DNA of 37,945 nucleotides. It comes from a virus (lineage: Duplodnaviria; Heunggongvirae; Uroviricota; Caudoviricetes). Position 1 is the first letter of the stretch, and each line of letters opens with the position of its first letter. Below, piece after piece: positions 35,326 to 37,945 of this stretch. The notes below the pieces were generated by a model. That model was not told the origin of the DNA, searched no databases, and was given only the letters and a program-made list of their open reading frames with translations. The translations under genes and the position numbers were made by a program. The stretch lies in IMG/VR virus record IMGVR_UViG_2526164597_000009, one strand, 5' to 3'.

Positions 35326-37011
35326 TTATCCTAATCCTGGCCATACCATGACGATGATTGTCCCTGCCAGCGTCAGCAGGACGTTGGCGATTGCGTAGGT
35401 GCCCGCATAGCCCAGCGCAGGGATGTTACTGCGAGCTGTATCACTGATGATCTCCATTGCCGGCGCGCAGGTGCGTGCGCCCATCATTGCGCCGAACAAC
35501 AGTGCGCGGTTCATTCGCAATACATAAGCACCGAACAAGAAACAGATAACCACGGGCACAAGACTGACAATTAATCCGGCAATCAACATCTGACCGCCAA
35601 TCGCGCCCAGGCCGTTATTAATACCGCTACCGGCGCTCAGACCAACGCCTGCCATAAACACCATCAAGCCGAACTCTTTCACCATGCTTAATGCACCTTG
35701 CGGAATGTAACCGAAGGTCGGGTGGTTAGCACGCATAAAGCCCAGCATAATTCCGGCGAATAACAACCCGGCAGCGTTCCCCATGCCGAAACTGAATGTG
35801 CTGAACTGGAAGGTGATCATCCCGATCATCAGCCCAATAACAAAGAAGGCGCAGAATGCCAGCAGGTCAGTGACCTGGCTGTGAATCGAGATAAAGCCGA
35901 TGCGATCGGCGATGGTTTTTACGCGGCGGGCATCGCCGCTGACTTGTAAAACGTCACCTTTGTTAAGCACGACGTTGTCATCTATCGGCATCTCAATCTG
36001 GCTACGAATGACGCGGTTAAGGAAGCAACCGTGATCGGTCAACTTCAGTTGTGCGAGACGTTTACCTACAGCGTTATGGTTTTTAACGACCACTTCTTCA
36101 GTGACGATACGCATGTCGAGAAGGTCACGATCGAAAACTTCTTTACCGTTACGGAAGCTGGGATCGAGTCGGGCATGGGCGTCGGGATAGCCTACCAACG
36201 CTATTTCATCGCCCATTTGTAGCACGGCATCACCGTCTGGATTTGCCAGAATCCCGTTACGTCGAATACGTTCAATGTAGCAGCCGGTTTGTCGATAAAT
36301 ACCCAGTTCACGCAGATTTTTGCCGTCGGTCCAGGCCACCAGCTCCGGGCCGACGCGATAGGCGCGGATCACCGGTAAATAAACCTTACGGTTGGCATCA
36401 GTGTCCAGGCCACGTTCGCGGGCGATTTGCTGGGCGCTGGTCTGTAAGTCCTGATGCTGCAATTTCGGCAAGTAACGCGCACCAACAATCAAACTCACCA
36501 GACCGATTAAATAGGTTAAGGCATACCCGAGGCTCAGATTATCCAGTGCCAGTGAGAGCTGCCTGCTTTCCATGCCGAAATGACGCAGTGTATCGCCAGC
36601 ACCGACCAGAACCGGTGTCGACGTCATAGAGCCTGCTAACATACCGGCCGTCAGGCCAATATCCCAGCCAAACAGCTTACCTAACCCTAAGGCGATCACC
36701 AGCGCACTGCCAACCATCACCAGTGCTAACATTAGGTAATTTTTCCCATCGCGAAAAAAAATGGAAAAAAAGTTCGGTCCGGCTTCGACCCCGACGCAGA
36801 AAATAAACAGCATAAAGCCAAGATTAAGCGCATCGGTGTTAATGCTGAAATGTTGTTGGCCTAATAACAGCGATACGACTAAAACGCCAATGGAATTACC
36901 CAGTTGGATCGAACCAAGTCGTAACTTTCCGAGACATAGCCCAAGCGCGAGGACCACAAATAATAACAGAATGTAATTCCCATTTAACAATTCGGCGACG
37001 TTTATATTCAC
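35326..37011 (-). CDS. ybjL: Putative transport protein YbjL (AAE-family transporter with central TrkA-C-like domains)
   Basis: 561-aa ORF recognised as E. coli YbjL by length and flanking gene order (ybjM, grxA); multiple TM segments. Confidence 0.88.
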   Translation of the reverse strand: MNINVAELLNGNYILLLFVVLALGLCLGKLRLGSIQLGNSIGVLVVSLLLGQQHFSINTDALNLGFMLFIFCVGVEAGPNFFSIFFRDGKNYLMLALVMVGSALVIALGLGKLFGWDIGLTAGMLAGSMTSTPVLVGAGDTLRHFGMESRQLSLALDNLSLGYALTYLIGLVSLIVGARYLPKLQHQDLQTSAQQIARERGLDTDANRKVYLPVIRAYRVGPELVAWTDGKNLRELGIYRQTGCYIERIRRNGILANPDGDAVLQMGDEIALVGYPDAHARLDPSFRNGKEVFDRDLLDMRIVTEEVVVKNHNAVGKRLAQLKLTDHGCFLNRVIRSQIEMPIDDNVVLNKGDVLQVSGDARRVKTIADRIGFISIHSQVTDLLAFCAFFVIGLMIGMITFQFSTFSFGMGNAAGLLFAGIMLGFMRANHPTFGYIPQGALSMVKEFGLMVFMAGVGLSAGSGINNGLGAIGGQMLIAGLIVSLVPVVICFLFGAYVLRMNRALLFGAMMGARTCAPAMEIISDTARSNIPALGYAGTYAIANVLLTLAGTIIVMVWPGLG

Positions 37012-37280
37012 GGAGGCTAACTTCTTGTTTACTAGTAAGCTGTTGAAAGAAATGGTAATTTACGATAATGTTTTTTACCAGAATTCAGGGCGCAGATTCA
37101 TTCAGCGCACCTAAACGATAGTAAAGTAACAATATATTTTACTAGTGTAATCACATTAGGTATCAACGGCTATATGAATTGCGTTGGCCTATATTAGCAT
37201 GGAATGCGAAGCGGCTTTATCTTACTGAACGCCACACTGGCGAAAAATGTGTTCGATAGACGCAGTGTCAGGAGGAACGA

Positions 37281-37658
37281 GTGAAACATAAACAACGTTG
37301 GGCGGGGGCAATCTGCTGTTTTGTCCTCTTCATTGTGGTGTGCCTTTTTCTGGCGACGCACATGAAAGGCGCTTTTCGGGCTGCCGGGCATCCTGAAATC
37401 GGCTTGCTATTTTTCATTCTTCCTGGAGCAGTTGCCAGTTTCTTTTCACAGCGTAGAGAAGTCCTGAAACCTCTATTTGGCGCAATGCTGGCGGCACCCT
37501 GTTCAATGCTCATTATGCGGCTGTTTTTTTCACCGACGCGCTCATTCTGGCAAGAGCTGGCATGGTTACTAAGCGCGGTGTTCTGGTGTGCGCTGGGGGC
37601 ACTGTGTTTCTTATTTATCAGTAGTTTGTTTAAACCACAGCACAGAAAAAATCAGTAA
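37281..37658 (+). CDS. ybjM: Inner membrane protein YbjM
   Basis: 125-aa hydrophobic protein with GTG start between ybjL and grxA, as in E. coli K-12. Confidence 0.78.
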   Translation: MKHKQRWAGAICCFVLFIVVCLFLATHMKGAFRAAGHPEIGLLFFILPGAVASFFSQRREVLKPLFGAMLAAPCSMLIMRLFFSPTRSFWQELAWLLSAVFWCALGALCFLFISSLFKPQHRKNQ

Positions 37659-37678
37659 AGCCCTCAACGCGAGGGCTT
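37659..37678. terminator. Hairpin between convergent ybjM and grxA (possible bidirectional terminator)
   Basis: GCCCTC-aacgc-GAGGGC immediately after the ybjM stop. Confidence 0.4.
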
Positions 37679-37687
37679 GTCAGACGA

Positions 37688-37945
37688 TCAGGCGTCCAGA
37701 TTTTCTTTCACCCATGCAGCAAAATCGGTATAGCCGCCGATATGTTGCTGATCGACAAAAATCTGCGGCACGGTTTCTACGGGTTTACCTGCCTTTTGTT
37801 GTAGATCTTCTTTAGTGATCCCTTCCGCACGAATATCTACATACTGATACTGAAAATCATCGCGTTCATTGCTCAATTTCTCAGCCAGATCTTTTGCACG
37901 CACACAGTAAGGGCAACCCGAACGACCAAAAATAACGGTTTGCAT
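37688..37945 (-). CDS. grxA: Glutaredoxin 1
   Basis: 85 aa, MQTVIFGRSGCPYCVRAKDLAEKL... with CPYC active site; matches E. coli GrxA as recalled. Confidence 0.9.
   Translation of the reverse strand: MQTVIFGRSGCPYCVRAKDLAEKLSNERDDFQYQYVDIRAEGITKEDLQQKAGKPVETVPQIFVDQQHIGGYTDFAAWVKENLDA

Noticed and set aside
1-37945. CRISPR array or other long repeat arrays
   Set aside because: No regularly spaced direct repeats; the only repeats are the att cores, the invertase crossover sites and the intragenic tail-fibre tandem repeat

Overview
The window is almost entirely one P2-family prophage (about 35 kb) of the 186-like type, followed by an Escherichia-type host flank (ybjL, ybjM, grxA). All calls come from reading the ORF translations and the DNA by eye; no searches were run, and similarities to P2/186 proteins rest on recalled sequences. 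Gene order is that of an integrated P2/186 phage: int, a cI-like repressor, apl/cox-like, cII-like, early genes including Dam methylase and replication protein A, a cos-proximal cargo region, then the late genes Q through D and ogr. A 22-bp direct repeat (19..40 and 35091..35112, one mismatch) appears to mark the prophage ends. There are three low-GC cargo insertions at positions where P2-like phages vary. The most interesting is a cassette wedged between the repressor gene and int: a roughly 348-aa gene split by a homopolymer frameshift, plus a 4-TM membrane protein. Its placement mirrors lambda cI-rexA-rexB, so it is a candidate lysogen-expressed exclusion or abortive-infection module. The second is around cos: a LexA-boxed tum/dinI-like pair, an orphan 176-aa gene, and a HEXXH metallopeptidase gene split by a T-run frameshift. 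The third is a membrane-protein moron between S and V. The tail-fibre locus carries a Pin/Gin/Cin-type invertible segment with two recognisable 26-bp crossover sites. No CRISPR array, tRNA or rRNA was seen.
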